Assembly (NCBI GenBank): GCA_025839675.1
Contig: CP104013.1
Location: 540,001-572,000 of the forward strand
Source of the DNA: Candidatus Lokiarchaeum ossiferum
GTDB taxonomy: Archaea > Asgardarchaeota > Lokiarchaeia > Sigyniarchaeales > Promethearchaeaceae
Direction of reading: 5' to 3'
Length of the DNA: 32,000 bases
A model generated the notes under the pieces. That model was not told the DNA's origin and made no database searches. It saw only the letters and a list, made by a program, of their open reading frames with translations. Below, in pieces: positions 1-10,500 of this stretch. The position numbers and the translations under genes were made by a program. Within the stretch, counting starts at the first letter, position 1; each line of letters opens with the position of its first letter.

Positions 1-617
1 CATCCACTAATATCCCCATTATTGTACGAGCAAAAAACCGTTCAAAATCTGGTGATTGGTTAGCAAATAAAGTGGATACTGAGGAAATATCAAAAAACGC
101 ATTAATCAATAATGAAACATGGCGTGATTTTATAAGATATTCAAGGAGTAAAGGAAATCAAGACAAGAATATACCCCTAGTTGGATATATCAAAAATTAT
201 GTGCCAATTCCTTATGTGAAATTAAAATCATCTAATTCATCAGTTCGGGTTTTAAAGTTGAAGTTTATTTCTCAATTCGTTGAGCAAACCGAAATGGAAG
301 AGTATGAATCTTTCATATACTTAATTTTCAAGGGAACTGATCAGAAAGGGACAAATTTACTATATGCTCATGCAAGTGCCTTGCTTTCTTTCACAAAAAA
401 AGGGGATGCTCTCACAAATTCTGAAGAAAACAATATCTTTGATCTTCTTATTTTAAGTGCGGCACTCGGTGATGAAAAAAGAAGTATTGGTCTTTCTGGA
501 TTAGAAAGATTATTTGTTTATCCTTATACGGATGTAAGCTTCCGGATATATGGTCCTGCAATATTCTTATATGGATTAGAGGCGATAACTTATGCAAAAA
601 GAAATGAATACGAATAA
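1..617 (+). CDS. hypothetical protein, 5-prime partial (runs off left window edge); first visible gene of a three-gene co-directional cluster
   Basis: Frame 3 is open from nt 3 (..STNIPIIVRAKNRSKSGDWLANK..) through the GTG listed at 72 to TAA at 615-617. The ORF-track start at 72 is therefore probably not the true start. The 3-prime end overlaps the next ORF (ATG 592) by 26 nt. No motif recognised. Confidence 0.6.
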   Translation, partial: STNIPIIVRAKNRSKSGDWLANKVDTEEISKNALINNETWRDFIRYSRSKGNQDKNIPLVGYIKNYVPIPYVKLKSSNSSVRVLKLKFISQFVEQTEMEEYESFIYLIFKGTDQKGTNLLYAHASALLSFTKKGDALTNSEENNIFDLLILSAALGDEKRSIGLSGLERLFVYPYTDVSFRIYGPAIFLYGLEAITYAKRNEYE

Positions 618-3600
618 AAATCCTATTCCAATTCCATTGTTATTTGGAGAAGCATACGAATTAGGTAATTATATGGGAATGCTTTCAGTTGTAGAAAGTA
701 TTAAGAATAAAAAGATGCTCTCGTTAAAAGCAAATGGAGATGTCTTTAATCCCATTGAAATTGACGTAGAATGCATTCAAGATTTTAGTATCCAATTTGA
801 GAGAATGTATGGAATAAATTTTATTGAACTAAAAGAGATCTTTGCTCGACTAAGACCTTTAGGAGAAACAATTTCAATTGAAGATCAACTTTTTCGATTT
901 AACTCGGATTTACATGAATTTGGAAAGACAATTGTTCACAGATCAGTTAAAAGTCGTAGTAATTTCGTCAAAGTATCCCAATCTGAAATAGAGATATTGA
1001 TTAAAGAATTAACAAATGAAATTAATGGAGTAAATTTTGTATTAGAAATTATTTCCGGTTTTTTTGATGGTCAATCGTTTGTTGAATGGTGTGAATTGCA
1101 ATTTCATGATGATTTTAACATTTTAATTGAAATGAATCTTTATGATGAGCAAAATCCAGAGAATCACGCAAAAAAACCAGATCTAATGGTAGTTCAAAAC
1201 AAAAAAGTGGTTTTAATCGGCGATATTAAATCATATTTTCCATTCATTAGACAAAATCGAACAAATCGGTTAAAAGATGCCTTAAATCAAATTCCGGTCG
1301 AAGGATTAAATAGTGAAATGTTAAAAGATTCATCATTTGTTCCTGAAGCCCTGTATTTGAATGATTTTGTAAAACGATATAATCTTTTGACCCGGTATTT
1401 TAAAATGATGATGTATGTTGAGATCATTTATCAAAATAGTGATGAACTCTTTCAACAGAATCCTTTATTTAGTATTGTTGTGCTTCCTGGAAAATCTGTA
1501 TTATTCCATTTCCAAAATTATTCCGATTTTGAAGAAAAACGCGAAATCCTCTTGAAAACAATTCCGTTTAAGATCAAAGATCCAAATTCTTGTGATTATG
1601 ATATAAAAGAAAAGATACTTAATGAGCATCAAGTTGATTTGGAATATGATTTATTAACAGGAGATAGATATATCGAACCAAATAATGAGAAAGGACAGTA
1701 TCTAATACGAGAAAGATACTATGATAGACCAGAAGACCTAACGATTCCCTTAGGTAAAATCCCCGTTTTTTCAGCAGCGGAAGAAATAAAAACAGCAATA
1801 GAACCTCCTATTGCTAAAGGATGGAAAGGTACACCTGTGTTAAATATTCAAACACTACATTTGAAGAAAATAATTAAAAAGTTAACACAGGAAAACTCAA
1901 AGTTCCACTGTATTATTGATGGATCAGACCAAGGAACAGGTAAAAATTTCTCGTTTGCTAAATATATCAAGTATCTTGATAATGAGGATATAGAACAATC
2001 TATTTTAATGGTCTGTCCTAGAAAAGACACGCTAAATGAAACGATTATTTCAATTTGCAATAATCTAGGTATTGAAGCACCTCACTTAGATGATTATGGA
2101 AATATTCAAGATTCAGAATTTAACCAAGGTAAGGTAAAAATTCGATTAATTCGTAGTGAATTTGGCCAACAAATCGTTTTCAACCAGAGAGGATGGATAA
2201 ACCAGAAATTTACTTACGGAGGGGAAGGCGCTACAAGTAAATTAAATAATTTGATAAAAACACCTAAATCTGGAATTGAAATCACATTTCTAACCGCTCA
2301 AACTTTACCCTTCTATTTTCGGTCCCATAAGCAACAGAAACTCCCCCTCCAACATTATAAAAAATTTTATCAAAGATTTGATTTAATCGTCTTTGATGAA
2401 CTTACCAATTCTCCTCCTTTAGTCAGAGAAGTGTTAATTGATTTAATTAATGGATATAAGCAAATCCAAACAAGAATTCCTAATATCATTCCAAAGATGC
2501 TAGTCTTGGATGCATCTATTACAAGTCCAGATTTATTTATTCAACAATTCAAACCTTTAATTTCTGCCGATTCAAAATTTTCAACGTTTTCGGAATATAT
2601 TCAAAGCTATGAAGAAAATCCAATTGAAGATGTTTTTGAAGAAGTTTTCATCAAACTTGATTATTTCAGGTATCAATTGAATCAATCTTTAATATATGGT
2701 TATTCTTCAATTGGGTGGCAAGATGACTATGTATCTATGCCGTTTGAAGAGATAAAAAACCAAATTCAAGAACAAATAACAATAATTCAAAAAAAATATT
2801 GGCCAAATTTCCCTGATTTCGATACATTACTACAACATGGGGAAGTGATGTTCTTTATTGATAACAAGTCTCTAATTGAAGAATTTAATGATTGGATTAT
2901 TGAATTGGGATATGATTGTGGAATTTCAATAGCTGAACAAAAAGAGAGAGCATTTTATGATTCAAAGAATATAATTGGGACAAATTCACTTGCTTTTGGG
3001 ACCAATTTCCCTTCCAAAAAATTAATGATCATAATACCTCCCTATCAAGGGACAGACTATTTCAAGTATCGACAAAATATCGAATTACTCCGACAGGTAA
3101 CCAAACGAATGCGAGGTTCTGATGAGAATGTTGACCGAATGGTAAGCTTTTTAGTTTTTCCTACTAAAGAGAACAATATAGATTTATCTCAGTCAGTATC
3201 GATTAATTTCTATAGAATAAGAAACAGCATCCGGGAATTCCTTTATCAGAAGAAATACCATCAGCTTCCATCATTTTCCTCATATCTGAATAATATTCCA
3301 AGCATAAATCCGAATTACGATACAAAATTAAGGAATTCTTCTATTTATACTCCCAAGGTTCCTTCATTTGGAATGAAGGATAAGAATCAAATAAGTTTAG
3401 AATTCTTTTTAGGAACCATTTTCCCTAAATTACGTGTTATTTTTTTAAAGTGGGGATTTCGCTGTCGAACGTCTTTTAAAATTGGCTTTAATAATGATAA
3501 ATATATTGGGCTACCTTTATCTAATTTCATCTGCTATACATTAGATAACCAGGATTTCTCACGTACTTTTCAAATCGAAGTCTATGCATCTAAAGCTCTT

Positions 3601-4212
3601 TCTGATTTGTCTAAATTGAAAAAATATTTGGCAAAAAATACTGCGGAAGTCAGAAATGATTTAGCGTTTGTATATAGAATGATGCAATGGCATAATCAAC
3701 ATGAAAAACAACCAAGTAAGGCTGCTTATAACATAATTGATAGAGAGATTAAAAATATTGAACAATCTGAAACAGATGGCAAAAAATGTCTAATATTATT
3801 TGCGCATTTCATCCAAAACCTATTCAATGTGAATTCGTTGCCGCTGTCTGGAACTGCATATTTACTCACATTGAACATTGCCGAAAAAACAAGTAATACT
3901 TTTGGTAATAATCTAAATATTTATCAGCAGATAAGCTATCAGAACAAGGAATATGTAAGTCAATTGTTTAAAATGACATCTCCTTTGAAATCATTATATT
4001 TTGGTGCAGGGAATTACTTTGAGCAACCTGTCTTAGTTAACATTGAGAAGAAAGGATTAACGACCGTTGGATACTTATGTCATTATCCAAATTTTGCTCA
4101 TTTTGATTTTTCCCAACCAAATTATCAATTATTGAAGTATTGCCTATTAAAAGAATTATACCGGGAGAACTATGTATATCTTCCAAATTTATTAAAAGGA
4201 TCTACTTTATAG
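592..4212 (+). CDS. PD-(D/E)xK nuclease-like N-terminal domain fused to a P-loop / SF2-helicase-like ATPase (1206 aa), family not recognised
   Basis: Uninterrupted 1206-aa ORF with AGAGG about 10 nt upstream of ATG 592. Nuclease-type signature 'KKPDLMVVQNKKVVLIGDIKSY' (P-D at nt 1177-1182, D-I-K at 1222-1230). P-loop 'DGSDQGTGKNFS' (nt 1933-1947). Walker B/motif II-like 'DLIVFDELTNS' (D-E at 2395-2400). Motif III-like 'MLVLDASIT'. A possible motif VI-like 'TKRMRGSDEN' lies further downstream. Confidence 0.75.
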   Translation: MQKEMNTNKNPIPIPLLFGEAYELGNYMGMLSVVESIKNKKMLSLKANGDVFNPIEIDVECIQDFSIQFERMYGINFIELKEIFARLRPLGETISIEDQLFRFNSDLHEFGKTIVHRSVKSRSNFVKVSQSEIEILIKELTNEINGVNFVLEIISGFFDGQSFVEWCELQFHDDFNILIEMNLYDEQNPENHAKKPDLMVVQNKKVVLIGDIKSYFPFIRQNRTNRLKDALNQIPVEGLNSEMLKDSSFVPEALYLNDFVKRYNLLTRYFKMMMYVEIIYQNSDELFQQNPLFSIVVLPGKSVLFHFQNYSDFEEKREILLKTIPFKIKDPNSCDYDIKEKILNEHQVDLEYDLLTGDRYIEPNNEKGQYLIRERYYDRPEDLTIPLGKIPVFSAAEEIKTAIEPPIAKGWKGTPVLNIQTLHLKKIIKKLTQENSKFHCIIDGSDQGTGKNFSFAKYIKYLDNEDIEQSILMVCPRKDTLNETIISICNNLGIEAPHLDDYGNIQDSEFNQGKVKIRLIRSEFGQQIVFNQRGWINQKFTYGGEGATSKLNNLIKTPKSGIEITFLTAQTLPFYFRSHKQQKLPLQHYKKFYQRFDLIVFDELTNSPPLVREVLIDLINGYKQIQTRIPNIIPKMLVLDASITSPDLFIQQFKPLISADSKFSTFSEYIQSYEENPIEDVFEEVFIKLDYFRYQLNQSLIYGYSSIGWQDDYVSMPFEEIKNQIQEQITIIQKKYWPNFPDFDTLLQHGEVMFFIDNKSLIEEFNDWIIELGYDCGISIAEQKERAFYDSKNIIGTNSLAFGTNFPSKKLMIIIPPYQGTDYFKYRQNIELLRQVTKRMRGSDENVDRMVSFLVFPTKENNIDLSQSVSINFYRIRNSIREFLYQKKYHQLPSFSSYLNNIPSINPNYDTKLRNSSIYTPKVPSFGMKDKNQISLEFFLGTIFPKLRVIFLKWGFRCRTSFKIGFNNDKYIGLPLSNFICYTLDNQDFSRTFQIEVYASKALSDLSKLKKYLAKNTAEVRNDLAFVYRMMQWHNQHEKQPSKAAYNIIDREIKNIEQSETDGKKCLILFAHFIQNLFNVNSLPLSGTAYLLTLNIAEKTSNTFGNNLNIYQQISYQNKEYVSQLFKMTSPLKSLYFGAGNYFEQPVLVNIEKKGLTTVGYLCHYPNFAHFDFSQPNYQLLKYCLLKELYRENYVYLPNLLKGSTL

Positions 4213-4218
4213 AAACTT

Positions 4219-4222
4219 GGAG
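4219..4222 (+). promoter_or_regulatory. Shine-Dalgarno-like GGAG upstream of ATG 4232
   Basis: GGAG lies 9 nt before ATG 4232, and 7 nt after the TAG stop (4210-4212) of the preceding ORF. Confidence 0.4.
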
Positions 4223-4231
4223 TTGAATTAT

Positions 4232-6163
4232 ATGAAAAATGACAAAAAAAAACAAAAATTGGAAAATAATGAAATCATAATCAGATCATGTGAATTAGAA
4301 ATCAATAATTTAGATGAATTCGAACAAATTGCTAATTTTTTTCAATCTTCAAGTTATGTTTTCCGAGGTTTATCAAATCATAAATATGAAATTACTTCAA
4401 AGTATGATCGTGCACGATTTAATACTGCAAAGTTAGATGCAACAAGAGCAACACCATATATTCTACAACATATTAAAAAATTGGTTCTAAACTTTAAAAA
4501 TATATTAGATGACGCAACGAATTCTTATTTAATTAATGATAAAATCAAGAAATTTTTAAAAGCATTAAATTCTTCTACAACAGATATATCTGATTCAGAG
4601 AAAAATCTTGCTTTACTTTGTTTACTTCAACATTACGGTTGTTCTACTCCTTTAGTTGATTTCACACGAAATATCAATATCGCCTTATATTTTGCTTGTT
4701 CTGATAAAATAAATGAAAATGGATGTATTTGGGTAGTAATGCCGTCTCGGCTTCTTTGGTCTTCAGGTCATCAAATGGTCACAGATACATGGGAAGAAAG
4801 TAATTCTCGTTTTTTTTCATTTAAAGATATTGCAAATTTAATATTCTTAGAGAATTCAAATTACCTTCATCGTCAAATTGCTTTAATAGATTTTAATCAA
4901 TTTTGCATTAACTATAATTTACCATCTTTTCCGAGAATTGAAAATCAAGAAGGAGTTTTTGGATTTGGACGAGCTGATGATAAATCTTTTTGGGAACAAT
5001 TTCAATCACATTCAATTTTTACTGCATTTGATACTGATAATAAAGAGGAAATTATGCAAATCCTTAATTCTCAACAAGAAAATCCGATTTTAATTGCGAA
5101 ACTAATCTTAACTACAGAATTTAAGAGAAATTGGTGGGAAACAAATAAAGAAAAATATAAAAAATATTGTAGTGTATTCTTATTCCCTGATCAACAAGGA
5201 ATTTTTATTGAAACAGATCTTCAAACGAAATTTTCATTTAGTTATATGGATCGAATCATTTCTGATAAAAGAAAGTATAAAAGATTACTTCAATCTATTT
5301 ATGGGAAAGATTTTACAGATAGAATTTTGAATTATAATATTAGGATAAAATCTGAAAATATCATATCAACTCTAAATAAATATTATAGAAATGATCAGAA
5401 AAGATGTATGAAATGTAAAGAATATTATAATCGATTAAATATAATTGAAAAACGGGATTTTTCACAACGCAATATGGATTTTCCAGCATGGTTAGGAAAT
5501 CTTGATTATACTTTGGAAAAAGGAAAACCTTATCGAAAGAACATTATGATTATTGGAGAAAGTGTTACATCAAAATTCAAAAATAAAAAAATGAAATCAG
5601 GTAATAATTTATCTAATAAGCGAATAAATAATATATGTTTTGAATTAGGAACCATTACTAAAGATTTCTCAGAATCGAATGATCCCGAAGACTTGATCTC
5701 TATTTCCGTCTTCTGGGCGAAAATCCAAGAAATGTTTCAAATCCATTCTCCTGAATTTCTAAATAATTTTTATCTCACAGATGTGGGGAAATGTGATTGT
5801 AATAAGAATCATTATATGTTATTTACATGCGGTATGAATTATCTGCTAAAAGAAATTAAATTTATCCATCCAAAGATTATTTTAATTATGGGAAGAAGAG
5901 CACAAAGGCTTTTTCTTTCCCTATTAAGTTTTGATTCACAGGTAAAATCAATCAAATATGATAATAAAAATTTACCCGCTCTATCTTATTTTAAACCAAA
6001 TATGAAAAAACCTGTGAAAGGTGAATTTAGCTATTTGAAAAATCTTGAAAATCCAATTCATTTTCTTTGCGTCCCACATACTTCATCTGCGAATAACAAA
6101 TTTAAAGATTGGAATCAAATTGGCGATTTCATCAGACAACAATATAGTTTTAATTTTCATTAA
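4232..6163 (+). CDS. FRG-domain protein with C-terminal uracil-DNA-glycosylase-superfamily (family 4/5-like) domain
   Basis: The ORF is open from TTG 4217. ATG 4232 sits 9 nt after GGAG (4219-4222) and is preferred as the start. FRG hallmarks: 'YVFRGLSNHKYE', 'LLQHYGCSTPLVDFTRNINIALYFAC', 'PRIENQEGVFGF'. C-terminal UDG-like pattern: CxxC 'RCMKCKEY', motif-A-like 'IMIIGESVT' (G-E-S at nt 5555-5563), 'LTDVGKCDC', 'LKEIKFIHPKIILIMGRRA', and motif-B-like 'LCVPHTSSANN' (nt 6073-6087). Confidence 0.8.
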   Translation: MKNDKKKQKLENNEIIIRSCELEINNLDEFEQIANFFQSSSYVFRGLSNHKYEITSKYDRARFNTAKLDATRATPYILQHIKKLVLNFKNILDDATNSYLINDKIKKFLKALNSSTTDISDSEKNLALLCLLQHYGCSTPLVDFTRNINIALYFACSDKINENGCIWVVMPSRLLWSSGHQMVTDTWEESNSRFFSFKDIANLIFLENSNYLHRQIALIDFNQFCINYNLPSFPRIENQEGVFGFGRADDKSFWEQFQSHSIFTAFDTDNKEEIMQILNSQQENPILIAKLILTTEFKRNWWETNKEKYKKYCSVFLFPDQQGIFIETDLQTKFSFSYMDRIISDKRKYKRLLQSIYGKDFTDRILNYNIRIKSENIISTLNKYYRNDQKRCMKCKEYYNRLNIIEKRDFSQRNMDFPAWLGNLDYTLEKGKPYRKNIMIIGESVTSKFKNKKMKSGNNLSNKRINNICFELGTITKDFSESNDPEDLISISVFWAKIQEMFQIHSPEFLNNFYLTDVGKCDCNKNHYMLFTCGMNYLLKEIKFIHPKIILIMGRRAQRLFLSLLSFDSQVKSIKYDNKNLPALSYFKPNMKKPVKGEFSYLKNLENPIHFLCVPHTSSANNKFKDWNQIGDFIRQQYSFNFH

Positions 6164-6228
6164 TTATGATAATGTTAGAACTGTAAGATTAATTGAAAAA
6201 GTTTTTACAAAAATCCTGATGAATAATA

Positions 6229-7293
6229 TTAGTAAAGATTAACAATTTTTTCATCTAATATGTCAATATTAGCATCTTGTGTAAATTTTGTAGAACTTTT
6301 ATTCAATATATGCTTTACAGAAGCATTAGCTTCATTACATACAATCAATAAGAGATCTGGTTTTTTTTTTAGTCTTTCTTCAAAATTTTTTAGATATTCA
6401 ATATTAGATTTTCTGATTCCTGTAGATCTAATACCACAATACAATGAAAGAAGTGCACTTCCAAATTCTGCACAAAATTCTTCTTTAGCTTTTACAAGAA
6501 TTCCATTTCTTTCAAGAATTTCTTGTTTTTTGCTCTCATCATAATTTGCTTCAATAATTTTTTTTTCATATTTTGCTTTACCCCAATCACGTCCTCTTCT
6601 ATCTTTATGAGTCAAACTATGGATTAATTCATGGAAAAAATCTCGATAATACTGATAAGTCATACCCTCGTAAGAATTTATATGTTTTATCAGGATTTCA
6701 TCAATATTTTTCTCATAATCGTATCTATATCTAGGGATTCCTTGGGAAATATTAATTATTTTTGGGATGTTTTGCATCTGAGTAATAATATCTGTCGCTT
6801 TCTTTACTATTCTGAATTTTGGTCTGAGAAGGGGATTTACTTGATCAATATTCCAGACTTCAAACAACTTGATATCGTATTCAATAGGTTCTTTCCATGG
6901 ATGCTGCTCTTCTTTTGGGAGTTTATTGAATTTCTCCATTTGTTTGTAATAATGGTAATTTCTTATACTTCCTGCTATAAATGTAGGTTGCTCATACGAA
7001 TTTATACAATATCCTACTTTTTGAACGGCATCCCGAGTTATCCATTGCCTAGTCTTAAATCTCTTTTCTTGCATTGAGAGTTCACAAATTCCCTGATTGA
7101 ATATGGAATATGGAATTGAGGGAGTATAATAATTGGAATGATAGAGGGATATTTCTTTATTTGGTTGAATTTGAACAGTGTTTTCATCATCTTCAAAAAT
7201 TATATAATCTGAACTTTTTAAAGTTTCAAAAATCTTCTTAGAATTAGTTCTTAGAAATTTTGTTAATGAGTTCCGATTTTTTATAATGGTCAT
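6229..7293 (-). CDS. ardC: ArdC-like anti-restriction protein (ssDNA-binding N-domain + zincin HExxH metalloprotease domain)
   Basis: 354-aa ORF. 'RFKTRQWITRDAVQKVGYCINSYEQPTFIA' resembles the ArdC/DUF1738 N-domain core (WxTxxQA..G..V..GE). 'YYRDFFHELIHSLTHKDRRGRDWG' resembles the ArdC metalloprotease signature (HELxHxTGHxxRLxRD). Convergent with the FRG gene and divergent from the NERD gene. Confidence 0.7.
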   Translation of the reverse strand: MTIIKNRNSLTKFLRTNSKKIFETLKSSDYIIFEDDENTVQIQPNKEISLYHSNYYTPSIPYSIFNQGICELSMQEKRFKTRQWITRDAVQKVGYCINSYEQPTFIAGSIRNYHYYKQMEKFNKLPKEEQHPWKEPIEYDIKLFEVWNIDQVNPLLRPKFRIVKKATDIITQMQNIPKIINISQGIPRYRYDYEKNIDEILIKHINSYEGMTYQYYRDFFHELIHSLTHKDRRGRDWGKAKYEKKIIEANYDESKKQEILERNGILVKAKEEFCAEFGSALLSLYCGIRSTGIRKSNIEYLKNFEERLKKKPDLLLIVCNEANASVKHILNKSSTKFTQDANIDILDEKIVNLY

Positions 7294-7516
7294 TACACAC
7301 AGTTAAAATAGAACCCTTTAAGAAAACATTTACTACCTAATTAATAGCAATCGTTGATAGTGATTCCTATGAATTAACCATCATAATACCAAAATCCATT
7401 TGAATGATAAGAGAGAAATAAGAAATTAGATGATCTAAATAATTACGACATTAAATCTCAGGAAATTATGTTTATATAGATCAGCTCCTTCTTTTTTTCT
7501 ATCAAAGTGATTAATT

Positions 7517-10500
7517 ATGGTCAAAGTCTTCTCAGAAATTGGATCAAATAAAATTAGTAAACAACATAAGAAAATTATCAGATGGATGGAACAATCATCC
7601 GAATTTAAGGATGCTGTTGTATTTTTAGAATTTCGATTTCATGGATTTGGATCTCGAGATGTGGATATACTTGTTTTACTAAATGATCGGATTCATTTGA
7701 TTGAATTGAAAGGACACACATTTACAGATATTCCAATGAATGGGAAGTGGCAATTTTATGATCATAAAACTCATCAAAAAAAAGAATACCCTCCTGAGGG
7801 GAGGAGAAATCAAGAAACGCCATATCAACAAGCGATTAATACTGCAAATTCATTAAAGAAATGGATTCAAAATCATTGTAATGAGCTAACTGGTGAGCTC
7901 GCTGATAGCATAAACATTCAAAACTTCTTGAAATCTGAAGAAGAATTTGATATATTTCCAATTGTTTTCATTAATGATAATAAATTTTTGGACAAAAAGA
8001 AAATACAAGAACATCCTTGGTGTAAAATTTGTGTTGGGACTGCTCAATTGAAGAAGAAATTAAAAAGAAAATATGATACAAGTGTGAAACTAGACTCTAT
8101 CTTTTTTGAAGAAATGGCAGATATGTTCAATATTTCTGATCAAAAAAAATCCAAAAAGGGTAGAATTAATCAAACTCTAATAAAAATTCTCAGATATATG
8201 AAAAAGAATAACCCGAAATGGAAAGATCAAGAAATAATTAGGGATACTGTGTTTGAATCTGGTGAATGTCGTAAAGCAGAAGTAAGAAAAGCAATCAAAC
8301 GGGGAAAAAAAGAAAATATTATATTCCAATCGAGTGAAGGCTTGATATTGAATGAACTGTTTAGTAAACTAATTAATCTTCAAAAATCTTCAGAAAGTGC
8401 TTATAAAGAATGGGAACATATTACTTTGCTATCAATATACCAGAGAAATGGCCCTGAACTTTTCAAACTCTACGTAGATCATATTTATGGAAATCCAGTG
8501 GATTTAACTGCACAAGATCAGATGATAAAATCAAACCAAATTTTATCTTCTATCCAAATTATCCCTGGTAATCTTTTATATTATCTTTTTAGTGAAGAAA
8601 TTCAATATAATTCCCCATCTCCTTCAGGTTTTTTCCGATCAGGAGGTATAATTCACTGTGATATCCAAGATCAAAACTACGCTCCGTTCATCGATAAAAC
8701 AGGATTTGAAATGAGTCAACTATTGGCACAAAAATTACGCTCTGGTAAAATAGTAGGAATCGTTGGTGCAGCTGCATCAGGAAAGTCTACATTAACTCGT
8801 CTTATTGGGTTCCAATTGTTAGAAATGCAAAAATCGGTTATTTATTTCACACCTTCTGATTTTAATGATGAAATTGTTCATCGTATTATAGAATATGAAG
8901 GAAACGCCGAAAAAGACGAAAATTCCGAAATATACATAATTTGTGAAAATATTCACTTGTTTTCTGATGTTCAAGCCCAAAATTTGGTTAAGATTATATC
9001 AAAAGCCCATTCTTCTCGTTTTCTTGTTACAAGTCGATATATTGGTGACACCTTTTTGGAAAAAATTCCTACAAAAATCAAAGATAAGAATAGGATAGAC
9101 ATTATTGATTTAGATGATGAGGCACAAATCTTGCAACGATATGAAGGATTAACCAGAACTTTTCTTCAATATAAGTTTTCACAGATTACAGGAAAACAGA
9201 TAGATCAAGTTGTCAAATACATTCTTAAAAATTCCACTAAGGTTGTTTCACTTATTCAAATTGAATTACTTTCAATTGTAGATGTTAAAAATATTAAGGA
9301 ATTGACGAATAGATGGCTCTCTCCTAGTTTTCATAACCAATATTTTGAATCTACTTTAGAAAAATATGTAGAATCAAAGATCTCAACACTTATAGATGAA
9401 AATAGTAATAAAGAAGAAGAAATTAGAACCTTATTATATTGCATTGTAGTTTTTGCATCCCTTGAGATCCCTCTAAGACAAGATTTGCTTGTCACAATCA
9501 GTCAAATTAATCCTGAGAGTATCTATGAATATTTTACACAATGGGAATCTTTGAATGAATTCCAACTAAATGAATATGCAGATATATGCCTTCATCCGGT
9601 ATTAGCGCAAAAGATCTTAGACATTCTACCAAAAATTTCAGAAAATTGGAACTTTTTAGAAAGTAGTTTAATGAAATTACATGCTAAAACACCGGGATTA
9701 TCAATAAGTGATAAAGTCCGTCAAATTATTGTGGAAGAAGATCCCACCTTTTTAGGACAAATTCTCGGGAGTCAAGGAGAACGTTCTCCATTCTTAGATT
9801 TTCGTTCTATTGATATTAAACGTCTTGCCTTCTATTTTGATACCATTTCTTTTGAGGAATTTGTCGAAATTATTAGAATTGTTCGGTATTATAACCCATA
9901 TTGGTCTCAATTGCGATGGAATGAGTTATTTGAGTTATTGACCATCCCAAATATAATTGAAATGATATTAGAATGTGAGTCGATTCAATCTCTATTAAGT
10001 TTCTTAAGAATACTAGACGAATCCAGATGGCCTGGTTTTTGGGAAATAATTGACTCCTTATCGGTTGATTTTCTTATCGATCTATTTGATGAGGAGTTCG
10101 ATGATGCAGATCGATCATTACGACAACTCAGACAGTGGGGATATCCTAAAATCAATTATCTCGAATACCAAATTGTATTTGATGCGGTATTTAGAATGAT
10201 AGAAAATCAAAGAAATAGACAATATTGGAGAATTCCCTTTGTAATCACTGAACCTGCTTTTTCAACCATTCAAAATATGGATGTAGATTCATTAATTCAA
10301 AATAAACTTAAAGCGGATTGGTTGAGCTTTACAAAATTTATTGAATTCATTGATACTAACGCTGCACGTCTCCATTGTGATAACAATCTCCGCGGAAAAA
10401 TGATCAACAATGTTTTATCCGACAATCTTCAGAGATATGACATTGATATGTATTGCACGGCATTAAGGTTGATAAAAAGCACCGGTTCTGATCAAAATTC

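Noticed and set aside
6164-6228. Looked for a bidirectional rho-independent terminator between the convergent FRG and ArdC-like genes. Also checked after the stops at 12208, 13537 and 30109.
   Set aside because: I found no convincing GC-rich stem followed by a U-tract, only AT-rich sequence with short direct 'attaatt' repeats. No terminator is called.
6260-7077. Plus-strand ORFs (6260-6544 and 6631-7077) antisense to the ArdC-like gene.
   Set aside because: They lie entirely inside a longer minus-strand ORF that has clear family motifs. Their translations are low-complexity (F/L/I/S-rich), as expected of antisense frames in AT-rich DNA.
7471-7478. TTTATATA, 39 nt upstream of ATG 7517, and TTTTTATATT about 25 nt upstream of ATG 12689. 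These could be archaeal-type TATA boxes or bacterial -10 elements.
   Set aside because: In DNA this AT-rich such strings occur by chance throughout. Without transcription-start data or knowledge of the host domain I cannot support a promoter call.
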